From contig CM120644.1 of assembly GCA_051362555.1 (NCBI GenBank), forward strand, positions 5,836,954 through 5,900,953: 64,000 nucleotides of DNA. The letters run 5' to 3'. The first letter of the stretch is position 1. Each line of letters begins with the position of its first letter. Shown here in pieces: positions 11,797 through 26,200 of the stretch. The position numbers and the translations under genes were made by a program. Source of the DNA: Lingula anatina. Taxonomy: Eukaryota; Animalia; Brachiopoda. The notes below the pieces were generated by a model. That model was not told the origin of the DNA, did no database searches, and was given only the letters and a program-made list of their open reading frames with translations.

Positions 11797-11955
11797 CAGG
11801 GCCGTAGCCTGAGCAAAATGCCAGGGGGGGCAGTAAGCGGACACGAGGGGGCGAAGCCCCCGAGGGGGGAGGGGGTGTCCCCCTACCAGTGTGGAAACTT
11901 CTAAATCCCAGGGGGGGCAGCTGCCCCCCCTGCCCCCCCGGAGGCTACGGCCCTG
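11797..11955. mobile_element. MITE with CAGGGCCGTAGCC TIRs and 5-bp TSD (hAT5-like)
   Basis: 13-bp perfect TIRs; ACATG directly repeated on both sides (11792-11796, 11956-11960). Confidence 0.9.
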
Positions 11956-13140
11956 ACATGGAAATAGTGCCATCAAAAACTTGAAAAAATAAGAAATATT
12001 ACAATTACATTGAAGGATGTTTTATCAACGTCTGCTGGGAACAAAAGTCTAAAACATTTTCTGAAATGTAAATTTATCCTTTCAAAAAGGTTGAAAACTG
12101 TACAAAATTGTGCGCAAAATTAAGAAAATTATGAAAACATTTGAATGATAGCTGAAAAGAATTTTTGTTTTTGCGGATTTTGGCCACATTTTGTCATGTT
12201 GTAATATGTGTCAAAAAGATGTTTGGTCTATCTTTGGTTTGACCTTTGCCCTTGCTTTGATATCTGTTTAGAAGTAATTATTATTATTATTATTTTTTTT
12301 TTTTTGAAAATATGTGAACATTTATCATTCGTGTTGTGATAAAGCAATGAGAAATATAACAATAAATTGAGTTTGATTTTTATACATTTTTTTTTGCTGA
12401 GGATAATACTGGTTCTTTATATGTAAAATATGAAGACAACGAAGTTCATTTAATATTGCAATGATTACAAAACACATGACCAGTAACACGAAATGACTAG
12501 TTTTATATTGGTGGACATATACCATACATGATCTCAAAAATTCATCCAAGTCTCAATTTGGCACTAGAATTGAATGGAAAAAACATTAAATTACATTTAA
12601 TTGCGATTTTTGTTTGTATCAATAAATAGGGCCTACTTCTTAACTTTAAATCTCTATTTTTCAAATATATTCCTGAAGTTGGCATGGAAGTCAACTGAAA
12701 ATTCTTTAAGGGATTTCTTAAATATCAACAATCTGTGTACTCACAAGGCTACCCAGGTATGTTGGTTAAAAGTTCTCTCGTCTTAATTGTTTTAGGATCT
12801 GGTTGCTGTCTACGGTTACCGCAATAAACTACTTCGGCAAGACAGACCAAAATATTATTAACATAAAGTAAAAAAAAAAAAAAAATGCATAAATAGTAGC
12901 TAAACAAAATTATACCTAACACTAACAGATAAACTTGACCCACAATACAAAGGACAAAATTTGAACGATCTCCTCTAGGTTCTTACAACAGCTGTAGTAG
13001 GGCCTAATTGGTGTATCTTGAGAACAATAACCAGGTAAGGTGTGATATATTTATGTAGGGATCGGTACTGTACAGTGCCTCCAAATTGCGTAATAAAACC
13101 GGAGAACAATGGCCAGGTAAGCAGCATGACCAGCACGGCA

Positions 13141-13243
13141 CGACGGTTTATTCACGGCGACGGTTTATTCACGGACTGCTACCCCCGCGTGAATAATCCG
13201 TCAGAACGGTTTATTCACGACGACGGTTTCTTCACGTGACACC
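13141..13243. repeat. Foldback-type transposon remnant with ~15-bp CGACGGTTTATTCAC repeats
   Basis: Four direct copies plus one inverted copy (GTGAATAATCCGTC); no clean TSD found. Confidence 0.55.
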
Positions 13244-13581
13244 GGGTCACCGCATTCTTTCATAATGCACATCTTTAGCTGAAGACATTTTCACAGTAGG
13301 CGAAACAGCGTTTTATATGAAACGCTTCTATAAATAGGAGTAAGCGCTAAAATCTCAGACTGCGGAGAATCGAGTTGACTTCTCTCAAGAGCACTTCGAC
13401 GTCGGCTTAATCTAACAAGTCACGAACTTTCTAAGCGCTCTCTCTGTCAACAGTCACAATACAGGATATTATCCCAGTGTGCTCGGCATCAGATTAGCTA
13501 CCAACGTCACGGGTCACACGCCAGGTAGATTACAAAACTGACGTTCTGTTCGTCACCTCACATACCACAACACACGACAAA

Positions 13582-16500
13582 ATGGCAGACAAGGGAAGTC
13601 TAACTGTGATACTTTTAGCGACATTATTACAGGTACGTATGCCTTATTCGGTGCGTCTGATAGCTGAAATGTATTCAGTAGTTGTAACTACCCCCCTTTT
13701 CACCGCCTTTTTGTATGGTAGTACGAGCATTTTCACCCAACGTCACAGACTATAGCAAAGCGAACTATACTGTACAAACTTCGAACATGGCCGATGAGAA
13801 ATATGTAGGCCTACGATGTATGACTGCTGATATACTGTACAACCACATTCTCAGTTATGTATATTTGCAGTGTGTTGTGTACATAGTTTAACATCCTCTC
13901 GGCAGATATACGCACCCCTAACCACGTAATATGTACACGAGAAAGTGAAGCCGTCGACAAAGGCCTGTAATAATTTGCCGTTTTAAGATGTACTGAGCTA
14001 GAAGAATTCTTAGATATGCGAAGTTTTCTTTTTTTACGCACGCCCAGTTAATGGGGCTCTTGTTACGTTTTTTAAAATTATTATTATGATAACTATATTG
14101 TGTTATTCTAGTCTATTTTTTCTTAACCTGATACGTCTATGGGTGTATTGGCTCTATTTAGTGTTGAGTTGTGACAGTGACTAAAATAGTAATATTGAAC
14201 CCATGATCACAGACGAATAAAAAAGATTACTGAAATAGTCAATACTTATGTTTGAAATACAATATAAACGTTTAAATAGAGTACAACCTATGAGATGATC
14301 AGCGGACTTTTCAGCATAGTAATATAATTACCGTACATATAAAATGGTAGATTTTAGATGGTTCTAAAACCTTGAAAGTGGATTGGAATTAATATGTTAA
14401 TTAAATCTAACACGTTGAACCGATATTCGTACATAAAATTTAATTCTAAAAGCAAAGACGCGTATTCAACACAATACAGCCATATTTCTGAAAAATAGCG
14501 GTTACACAATCTGCTAATTTAACAAGTAGCGTCTAATAAACACCTGAACTGATTTATCGATCGTTGTAAATGTTAGTTATTGAAACGCGAGAGTGGTAAA
14601 GGTTTTATATTGACTTGGCTCACGATCTGCTAAAACAGAAAGCAGGCGAGACTTGCTTCTGAGTCCATATTTCTTCGTGAAACACTTAAGATTTTTAAAA
14701 ATTTGGTATCTCTTTTTTAAGTGACTTTATTAGTAACAGCTTCGAATAAACGAGTGATGACAAATGAAAGAAATGACGGTATCAGAACAATAGGCATGGC
14801 TCAGGTACGTGCCCCCCCCCCCCCTCCATCCCCACCCCAACACCTGTATTTTCTAAGAAAAAAAGCGTTAGTTTGAATCCCTTCTCTACCAACAGAGTTT
14901 GAAGATGTTAAACGACTGACCCACTGTTCACGGAAGTGCTGAAAAACGCTCGAACCCACCAAAATTCCCATACTTAGTGGGCTTTTTGGGTAGGGTTGGG
15001 ATTCTCCCACACACAGACCATTCTCTGTATCTTAGACCCGCCAGTGTTATGGGTGCATGTCTCCAAATTGTATACGCAAAAAAAAAAAAAAAAAAAAAAA
15101 ACACTCTTTCCTTAGAGATACACTGTAGTACCAGTGACAACAATGGCTACCATAGCGCGGTATGTGAAGAATCTGCAGTCATCTAAATAACACTGCCTGG
15201 ATATTTGATATCACTGTCAGCTTTTATATATCGCAGTCAAAAAAAGTTTACTACGCAGGGTGCGATATTTTACCCATTGCCTTTTCCTACTTCCGTGTAA
15301 AAACAGTGTTGGTCGTTAGCTTAAGGGGTTAGCCCCCCCCCCCCCCGCCCCCGCCCCTCCGTCTCGGGCCCGTCATTTATCAATGATATGTATGAGGAGC
15401 GTTGCAAAACCGCGTTGACTTCACCCGTGACATTTAATAAATACCAGTTTACCAATCTATGTCTGTATATTTTCAGAGTCATTGAAAATAATATGAACAA
15501 CGTGATTTAATTTGTTACTTCCTGGATAGTATTTATGACAATTTGCTATTTATAACAGTCCCACGTCACGATTGTTCAGGTCCGTTGAGTCTGTGACGAA
15601 GTTGTATTGTTCTTTATCTTTTGCTGTTACGCGAGTTAGTAAATACAACTCTTTTATATTTTTTCAAGTTATTTATTAACTACTTTCCAGTTGCTTCCCG
15701 CTCCGCCTTCTTCCCATTTCTATCTCTTCTTCATTCAATCTCTATCGGCCTTCTCTCTAGATTACATTATTGTTGTATAAGTATCAGAAGAGCATGGCAA
15801 TTTAACTCAGTTCTTCTACAAAACTCTCCCCGCTCCTTATTAACTCATGGCTGTCAATTACTAACGTTACAAGGCAGTTGTTGAGGAACTAGTGCACAAG
15901 GAAAGTCGGTGCCTGCCCCGGGGTGTGGTCATGGGGCACGGAAGACTCTTCTCTACCAGAGGTGTGAATCCTTTATCAAGGCCTCAGATTAATTGTCACT
16001 GGATACCTTGCTAATTCTGCGCACTTTTCTGTATTAGTAAGGATTTTGCACGTCAGTGACGTCACCACGCAGCTGGTTTCGTGTAGAGAGAATTAAGGGA
16101 TCGTGTAGCTGGGCGAAAAATGGAAATGTGGACAATTCCTTCTGAAATGTCAAGAAGACATATGCGGTCCAAATAAATCGATGAACAACTGAAATATGTG
16201 GTTAGAACAACAAAGCCAAGTGCAGGAATGGCTCGAACAATGATTCGTGAGCAGGGAAAACGGCTTTTTTCCTCAAGAAAAAGTATGTTTGGTGCGAAAT
16301 CCCCGTAAAGAAAACCTTGAAATAATAGAACATGACTTTCAGTCAATAAATATAAAGAGAACGTGCAAGTAAGACACGTGCCATTTTAGTCGACCTAAGC
16401 GAGTGATAAATGTGGTTCCAAAACGTCCTTGAAACTTGGCAGTGTTTGTTTGCGCACACTGACATTGTTAAGGGCGCCATGAAAGTTTTCAGATTTCATT

Positions 16501-16734
16501 TTCTGAATTTTGAATCCTTACATTGGTTTGCGGTCTCCTGTGTGTACAGCCGTTTGGGTAAATAGTATACAAACGGAGTGCAGATGCCTTATGGTTTTGA
16601 AGGGAATTGGGATGATGCAGCAATTTTTATTCACGTGTCAAGCCACGATATTATAAAACACCTGAATTCGTGTGTTCAATGACCTACATACAGGTTATTG
16701 GTCGGAATTGACTAGTTTCTCCCCTTGTATGTCT

Positions 16735-16782
<48 letters not shown>

Positions 16783-17955
16783 TTTTAAAGGATGGTGGGG
16801 GAGGGGCACCGTTAATTGCAGGTCGCAGGCTATAAACCCATCGGCGACCCTTGAATGGCCGGGATTCGCTATACAAAGCATATTCACCGAGCAATGTGAG
16901 GGATGCATCAACAGAGATGTTTTCTTCCAAAATTTGACGGTCTTTAATGTCACATGAGCTCTCATTTGAACTGTGATGATAAAAAATAAAGTATTTTATC
17001 CAGCCACACTGATACCTTACATAGCCAATGTGGAGGGAGGCATTGGATGTGTGACTGCATTATTTAAAACATTTTCTCGAAAAAAAAAAAAAAGAAGAAG
17101 CAGACAGTTCTGCCATATTTCAATGCAGATTTATATATAAGGTTTTCCCGTGTATGCATAATAAAGACGTAGCATTTATTTGAGCTCACCACATTACCGA
17201 TGCATTGGCAGTTATCTGCACGACTTCATTTCATCAGCGAGTTATCGCGAGATAAACACCCAAAACCGGTTCTCTAATAGCGGCGCATGTCTTTATTCAC
17301 ACACGTAGAATAAGTAAAAAGAATTTAAGTCGTTATCAGCGGAAGTTCACAAACTAATGAAGTAGTCACCGTGTATGGACCAGTAGGTACTTTATATATA
17401 TATAGTCTCTTCATTGTTTAAACAGTCATATCTAGCAATGCCACGCAATAAATTACCCAACCGTCATGTGTGCCCTAAAACAGACCAGTTTATAGACTGA
17501 TATTTACATTCAGTTGCAGTCAGGTTTACTCGGACTGCTTTAAAGCACTTGGTCGATCCTGGTGCACACGTACTCAATTAAATGTCGCTTTTTAAACCAA
17601 TAGTTGGTATACTAAATAGGTGACGAATAGAATGGAGTTATTATAGATCTAATATTATACTTATTATTCTTGGTATCGAACAGGAGTTGTAATTCATTTG
17701 AAAAGATAGCTGCTATTTCATGTCGCGACTTAGTAGACTAAAAGTTTTGGTGTATAAGGTTAAACCGACTTGCGGGCCATAGTTCACGTAAAACAGACCT
17801 TGTCCTTTCTAGTTTGTAACTTAGGGGCGGAGGGGTGGGGAGGTTATTACCAACCTTACTTTGTTTAAGCTTTATACAGTTTTTGTAGCCATATCCCTTT
17901 GATTGAAGATACATGGGTAGAATAATTATGGAATGAATGATAAATTTGTCTCATG

Positions 17956-18003
<48 letters not shown>

Positions 18004-21000
18004 GCGTGTATACATGGATGGATGGAAGGAAGGATAGACGAATGATTAGGAACACGGGTAAGTAATGTAGGTAAATACATTATAGCTTATGTCATGGAAT
18101 GGTTATTCGGACAGCTAAATGAACAAACAGACAGACAGACAGACAGACAAATGTGCAGATAAGTGAATGCATAAAAAGCGTAATCAAAATATCACCATCC
18201 ATAAAAAAATATGTGAAAAGTCGGAAATAATGTGGTAGCGCTCTGCGCAAATTCAAATTAAACAGCCACCGAGAACGTGAATCTGAGGGTGATAAACGGA
18301 TAATTATTTTGGACATAAATGTTGGTGAAATCTGTTAAAGTGAATAGAAATTTACTGCGTGAGTATATATGTGTGCGCACGCATGTATGTGTGTGTATGT
18401 GTGCGCGTGTATGATTGTGTGCGTGTATAGGTGTGTGTGTCACACGTACATATATGCTGAGCTATTGCCCATCAGATTATGGAACTGTCCAAGAAATAAG
18501 ACACACGAGCTCCTCTAGGCTTCAACAGTTTTTACTGTACTGATAAGACGGCGATGAAAAAATCTCAGCAATGATGACTTGCTAAATGTCTTCCCCAGAC
18601 ACATTATATAAGAAATTTTCTGCGTTTCTCATTGTGAAACTAATAATGGCGTGACGCCACAGTAAAATTTGACGCTACTGAAGCCTGCTTCGAGAAACTA
18701 TTAGCGTCAATCTTGAGCCGGATAAAAACATAATCATGGACCAATCCCGACAAAACGCAATTAAAATAGAGAGAATGTAACCCAGGAAAAATGTCATCAA
18801 ATTTATACCGTGATGAAGATGGCGTCTCCACAGCACCAGTGAAGTCTTGAAAGTGTCGTTTTACCATGCAATAGTCGTTTCATTTTACACCCTTCTCTTC
18901 ACATTGATACTTGTTTGGATGACGGTAATGGAGAGCTACAGTAGGTCAGATGGACGCAGGTGGTTATGTACAGAAAAACGCATGTTTTCGTCTTCAGAAA
19001 TGCAGTACGTCGGAGAGTTTTACAATGAATAATTGTGGCAGATGTGTGTGGGCACGTGTTTGCGTGCGTGCGTGTGTGTGTGTGAAAGTTGGACTACTGT
19101 CTAAAAGACATACTATCTCTTCACAATGACACCACTTATTAAGTATTCTCAATATTGAGAACGGGAGAATCTAAAAGTTTTCTAATCTTTCAAATCTCCA
19201 AACAGAATACAAGCATATCACGCCAATGACTGGTTAGTGGAGATAAACATTAAGTACGTTAAAGGAGGCCTACTTTAATGTTTTGAATGTGCCCAGGAAT
19301 GTTTATTTGTCATATGCACTGGATGTTATTAAACTGTTTTTTTTATATTTATTTATTTATTTATTTTTGTAACCATTGATTTATTCATTTATTCATCCAA
19401 TATTTGTTTTATGTTTTTTTCGTTAATTAATTAATTAATTAATTAATTAATTAATTAATTAATTAATTAATTAATTAATTAATTTATATATTGTGTTATT
19501 TATTTGAGTGATTGCTTCTTTTTTATTCATTTATTTATTAATTCTATCCATCTATCTGTTTCTTGATGTGTTTCTGTATTTATTTCCAGGTGTGTGAAGC
19601 CTACAGTTGTTATTATTATGGCGGTTGCTGGTATACATGGTGGTACCTTTGGTGAGTTGACAACCAGATATTAATGTTTACATTTCATTGGAAAAAAATT
19701 AAAGGGGCCTGCCTCACTAAATGATTTTAGCCGGAAAATTAGTCAAATCTTTTTGACCAAATACTTAGTCTTATTTGTTAGGATAAATCGGCAGTGGCCC
19801 AATATAATGACATATTTAGGCTACTTTAACTAATACCTCATGTCCTATTCTTACTTTATTTAAATGTGGATTACTATAGGTCAAGAAGGCCATAAGAATC
19901 GAAAGAACCGACATTATGACCAAAAAAGGTTCACTCTGCATCAGATTTTGATATACAATTTTTTTTCTCAATTTGGGTCAATGAATATTTGATAAACGTC
20001 AGTGCGTTCTACGTTCGTCTTCATCCTTCTGCGAGTGAAATACAAGTCCAACTATCTGATTGTTGAAAGCAGAAAACCTGAAGCCTGAACAAGTGCCCCA
20101 TGCATTACTATGTAATATGAGTAATAAACACCTCTTAAAAGTGTTAAATGGACCAGCTGAAAGCACTTTACATAACACAATGCGTAATATATTACAAATG
20201 ATATGCATAATATATATATTCATATGATAATAACACAAATACTATGAACAATAATTAAAAGACAACAGTTACGTCAAGTGCATTGGTAATACGTGGTTTT
20301 ACATTTCAGGTAATACATGTGAACTCATACATGATTAGTCCCCCTAATACCGTTCCGTTTCAGGCTTGCCCTGTTCTCTATATGTATATGTTTGACACTG
20401 ACTGCAATATGCGGTCGAAGGTGTCGACAGGAACGAAGGGATCACGGAGGCACCAACAGAGATACGATAAATATGTGTTACATGTCCTGTGAGTTTACTA
20501 CTGGGAGGTGTGAAAGGGGCAATATATGCGCGTGTGTCTTTAATGCAGCATACTATTTTCTAAGTATTTTTTCTTGATATTCCCGAATGTTAAATAACCG
20601 TATTTAAATGCAAATTTTAGATCAAAATTTTTTTTGAGAGAAATCAATTATTAATAAATCGTATTTATAAACATTACGATGTGCATTTTAACATATATTT
20701 CAAAAACTGACACATCAAACGATTTTAACACAATGCTGTAAACGTTTTTTTTTTTTTTTTTTTTTTTTTTTTTGTGAATAATATTTTGACGAGATGGCTT
20801 TCAAAGGTGAGATTGCCTTGGCGTCCAAATGTTGTGCTGTCCGCTTTGTTTGGATGAAATGAGGCGTTCATATTTTACTTGGATGTCGCCATCAACAGCA
20901 TAGAAAATAGCGTGCTGCACGTAAAACACACACGCACATATATAACGACTGAGGAAGAGCCACTTCACAGTATTTCGCAAGTAGCCTATCTGTTAATGAG

Positions 21001-22985
21001 GATACCGTTTGACATTTCTCAGAATATCTTCAGAAAATCGTGCATTCAATCCGTCACGGTGCTTCACATGAAGCAAAATTACCACGTTCTATGAAAACAC
21101 ACGTGGGTTGAAGACAAAAGAAGAAAAATTGAAAAATGCTGTGCCATGGCTCAAAAACTCAGTGAGGCTGATCTAAGCCAAGGTGGAAAAAGTCTCAATG
21201 ACGTCATGGTTACTAAGCCAATGAGCGATGACGTCACTTAGACTGTTTCGACCAGTTTTGAATGTGCCTTTTTTGCTGGTATTGTTCATTATCTAACCCG
21301 CGTGGAGGACACTATATATACGTGGGATTCTGAATGGTACTGGCATCGAGGTGGATATACAATGTGTTAATTTTTATGTTTAATTTCCATGAATATGTTC
21401 ATTTGAAAGAAACGTGCAGTGATAGTCATCTGCTGATCGGTTTCATATAATTTTCCCTTTAAGATTTACCTCAAGCTTTTTAAGAAAATAAGGAAATTAG
21501 ATAAAATAATTTAACACATTGGCTACGTCACCTTAATAGATCAACTTGCCTAAGTCTATCGAAGTTAATAATACTTTAACGCATCTTACTAAAGGTCTGT
21601 ATCTTTCCTTTTCTCTCTCTCTCTGTAGGTTTGGCGTCTTTATCCTCATCTCCTGCATCTCTGTGTGCACTGCAGCTTGCTGTCGACAAAACAGACAACG
21701 ACAACTACAAGCCACAGTTGTGACCCGTAAGTACACTGCTTAAGGTAATGTCACACTTAGCGTATAGCACTAGCGTATGAGAAAAATTCCCCATACCCAG
21801 ACAAATGCAAGGGGGCCGTTAGACCTAGGTCGTATACGTCTTCTGTACGCAGGCAAACGTCTGTGTACGTTTGTGTTCGCTGAGGGAGATAAACGTTTTG
21901 AGCATGTTCAAAGCAATTACATCAGCTGAAAAAAATTGTGCGAACAGTAGGTTTCACATGGGACATTCATACGAACTTCTATACGCTAGGTGTGAGAGAG
22001 CCCTTATACACAAAACTAAGTGAACGCTTCTTAGATTTACGGTCAAATAACCACGGGGTTGTTTTACAAGAGGATTTGAGATTTTTATTACTTAGTTGAA
22101 ACATTTATTTATTTACTTACATAAATCTCTCCTTTAGGGTAAAGGGGAAGTAGTAAACGTAAGTTTGCTAGACTGGAATAGTCAACTGCGCAAAATCGGC
22201 TTTATGCAATGTATCTAAGGGCGTGTCGTAATGGCGTTCGAACGAAGCTTAAACGGACGCGATTCTTGATACACTCTGCTTAAAATAAAACCAGTTTTGG
22301 GTTCCTTGTGAAACGACAACTCGTACACAAACCACTACAAGCCTCTCTGACTTCACGTTTAACAAGACAGCGTTGACCGTAAGATAGACAAAATAGATTC
22401 TGTCGTGTTCTTGTTATTATAAGCCAGGATTTGAATTGAAAAGCCCTTGTCAATAACATTTACACAAAAGCTAACAAGAATTTTAAAGAGAGTGCGGTTC
22501 TCGCCTCATGAGATACTGAAAATATACATCTCTGATGTAAGACCTACCCTAGAATATGCTGTGCATGTGTTGCATCATTGACTTGCCAGGTGCCAAGCCG
22601 AAAAAAAAAATGAATCCATCCATAAAAGATTTTTAAAGATACTATATTCAAAAATCTCCTACACGGATGCCTTGTAAATAACAAATTCTGCTTCTTTACA
22701 AAGCAAATATTTTAAGTATGTGTATAGACTTCCCAGTCATTCTCTCGTCATGAAGATCAACTAGTGAATTCAACTTGCAACGGTTAAAAAACGGAAATGT
22801 GGATTATATATAGATTTTTACCTTGGTAATTAAGACAAAGGTGCTGGCATTTCCAGGAAAAAAGTATTATTATCATGACTGTTTTCTGCATAAAGGTCTA
22901 ACATGCATTTAGAGTTTTCAACACGCACGCTCCGTTAAATATTGACCAATAAAAAAACTACGATGATGAACTATTGGAAATTGCC

Positions 22986-23022
<37 letters not shown>

Positions 23023-23220
23023 GTTCAGACAACAGGCACGTATACATGCAAAGACCTACGCACGTTATTATTCGATTAATTTTAATGTGCTCATGGTTGG
23101 GGCTACGTGTCATCATCAACACAACCAGTCCAAAGCTTCAATATTCTGTCAACTGAAAGATTGATATACACTCATATTGTACAGTAACTTGTACTAGGAA
23201 ACATTCGCAACCCTAAAGGA

Positions 23221-23251
<31 letters not shown>

Positions 23252-26200
23252 CATGAGGTAATAATTTATCGGCATTTGGGACCATCAGACCGCTCCACAG
23301 CAATTAAATAGGAATTACGCCTAGATAGTTTTGTACGTAACTGTAGATATCTTTCAAAAGTAGTTCATTTAATGCGCTTGCCAATCAATTTAGCATTTCC
23401 TTTAATGCTATAAGCCTATATGCAGTAAGATATTCAATGGTCTACAGGTACAGGTTTTTCAATTGTTAACACCCTAAATCACATCTTCGCATGACTTATA
23501 TTAATGAGTCGTTCTGGCAAATATAAACATTTACATCAGACTAATTCCCTTGTTTACATGGGTCTTTCCACACAAAAGTGAACATTGAGTTAAGTCGGTG
23601 AGGGACGCATTTTATATAATATTTGGATAATTTTGACTTGTCCCATTTTTATGTACAGACACAGATGTGTCTGTACATATAGCCGTCATCTGCGTCTGTC
23701 GTCGCCGTCGCCGTCGTTGCCGTCGTCGCCGTGCACTTTTACCGATAACACGATAAGTGGAAAACTGTTTTTTCTTTTGGCTTGAAACTTACAGAACTGA
23801 TGAATATTCATAATATGCAGGTCAAGTTCGAAAATCAGCATGATCGGGTCACTTATAGGGAATTTATGCTGTTTTTTCACTTTTTTCAGCATATATGCAG
23901 CACCGATAACACGATAAGTGGAAAACCGTTTTACCTTTTGGCTTGAAACTTACAGAACTGATGAATATTTATAATACGCAGGTCAAGTTCGAAAATCAGC
24001 ATGATCGGGTCACTTATAGGGAATTTATGCTGTTTTTTCACTTTTTTCAGCATATATGCAGCACCGATAACGCGATAAGTGGAAAACCATTTTACCTTTT
24101 GGCTTGAAACTTACAGAACTGATGAATATTCATAATACGCAGGTCAAGTTCGAAAATCAGTGTGATTGGGTCATTTTTAGTAAATTTAGGCTATTTTTTC
24201 TCTTTTTTCAGCATATATATACAGCACCGATAACACCATAAATGGAAAACCATTTTACCTTTTGGCTTGAAACTTACCGAACTGATGAATATTCATAATA
24301 CGCAGGTCAAGTTTGAAAATCAGCATGATTGGGTCATTTTTACTGAATTTAGGCTATTTTTTTCACTTTTTTCAGCATATATGCATCACTGATAACACGA
24401 TAAGTGAAAAACAGATAGGCCAATTGTCATAATACTCATAGGAGTGGCCAATCTTACTAAAACGAAGGTTGAGTTGGAAAATCAGCATAACCGGTCCATT
24501 ATTTTAGAAGTTATGCTGTTTTTTCACATTTCCTCACATTCAATTCTTAGGCATGTTAACAGTCTCATTATTTAACTAATAAGATACGTAAAAGTGTTTG
24601 TTTGGCATTTCCTGCATCTTTACAACATTGTTAGTTGATTTTGTAAAAATGATAGTAAACCTGTTATCGTGTATTGTGTAATAAACTGTCAAAAATGGAA
24701 ATAAACACATATCATTGCAGTTTGTCAGATTCAATCATCCACTATGTTCAGAATCTCATAATGGAGGAAATTGGACATATAACACTGTCTTATTGATATT
24801 TTCCCATCTCATCAATTTTCTTAGTTGGTCATATAAAAATGGCAGTAAACTGTTTATTTTGTTTTATTTCTAAAAAGTCTTAAAAATGGTAATAAACCCA
24901 TTTCAGAACAGTGCTGTCTTGTTTCACTTTTTTCAGCATCTATGTAGCACCGATAACACGATAAGTAAAATACCGTTTTACTTTTTGGCTTGAAACTTAC
25001 AGTACTGATTAATATTTATAATACGCAGGTCAAGTTTGATATTCAGCATGATCCGGCCAATTTTAGGGAAGTTATGATGGTTTTTTTTTTTTTTCAAAAT
25101 TTTCAGCATTTTTGTAACACGGAAAACGGGATCAGTGTAAAAATGTTTTTCTTTTTGGATTGAAACTGATGAATATTCATAATACGCATTTCAAGTTTGA
25201 AAATTGGCTTGATTGGACTATATTTACAACTGTTATGCTGTTTTTTTTCCTTATTCAGCATATATGCAACACTGATAACACATTTTAAGGAAAACGAATC
25301 AGCCTTTTGTCTTGCAACTTACAGCAGTGATTAGTCTGACTAGTATACAGATCAAGTTTGAAAATAAGCTTGATCAGTTAAGTTTTGATGAAGTTATTAG
25401 CCTTTTTGTATATAAGTGTTTTTTTTTTCTTCAGATTTAATTCTTAGGCATGTTAACAGTCTCAATATGGAACTAATTAGATATGTAAAAGTGTTGTTTT
25501 GACATTTTCTGCTTCTTAACAATATTGTTAGTTGAAAATATAAAAATGATGGTAAACCTGTTATCATGCATTGTGTAATAAAGTATCAAAAATGGAAAGG
25601 AACTCATCATTGCAGTTTGTCAGATCCAATCATTCACTATGTTCAGAATCTGCAAATGGAGCAAATTGGACATTTAAAATTGTTCTATTGATATTTTTCC
25701 TATGTCGACAATTTTCCTAGATGATCATTTAAAAATGACAGTAAATTGATTATTTTGTTTTATGTAAAAAGGTGTTGAAAATGGAAAGAAAATCATTTCA
25801 GTACAGTTATCTTTTGTTTACATTTTGGCATTTTGAACTTTGAACTTCCATGGTCTTGAAGACCTTCCCATATCACATTTTCTGAATATCCATGATACTT
25901 TTATTTTTTTTATAAAAAATTGATGGTCATTGTGCTGTTAAGTATTGTGTTATATTGCATGAAAGTTGAAGAAACCTGTATTTTGGACACTGCTGCCAGG
26001 ATAGCGATTAAGGGAAAACCATGTTACTTATGATACTCAAATTTACTGAAAAGTTTCATAAGACTGAAGTGCAGCTTGTGTTGGAAAATCAGTGTGATTG
26101 TTTTCTGTTTTGGAAGCAATGCAGTTCTATAGAGTGAACTATAGTGCAATAAATGTATATGGCAGTATATTAATTCAGGGTCACAAACTAATTTGCTTAA

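Noticed and set aside
10498-12254. Possible P-like element with AAGGG..CCCTTG ends and overlapping ~100-aa ORFs
   Set aside because: TIR match is weak, no TSD, and the ORFs have no recognisable motifs.
19699-21462. TTAAAGGG...CCCTTTAA pair suggesting a Kolobok element
   Set aside because: Inverted match does not extend past 8 bp.
23741-24540. Regularly spaced repeats that might suggest a CRISPR array
   Set aside because: Whole 161-bp units repeat with no unique spacers; eukaryotic context, no cas genes.
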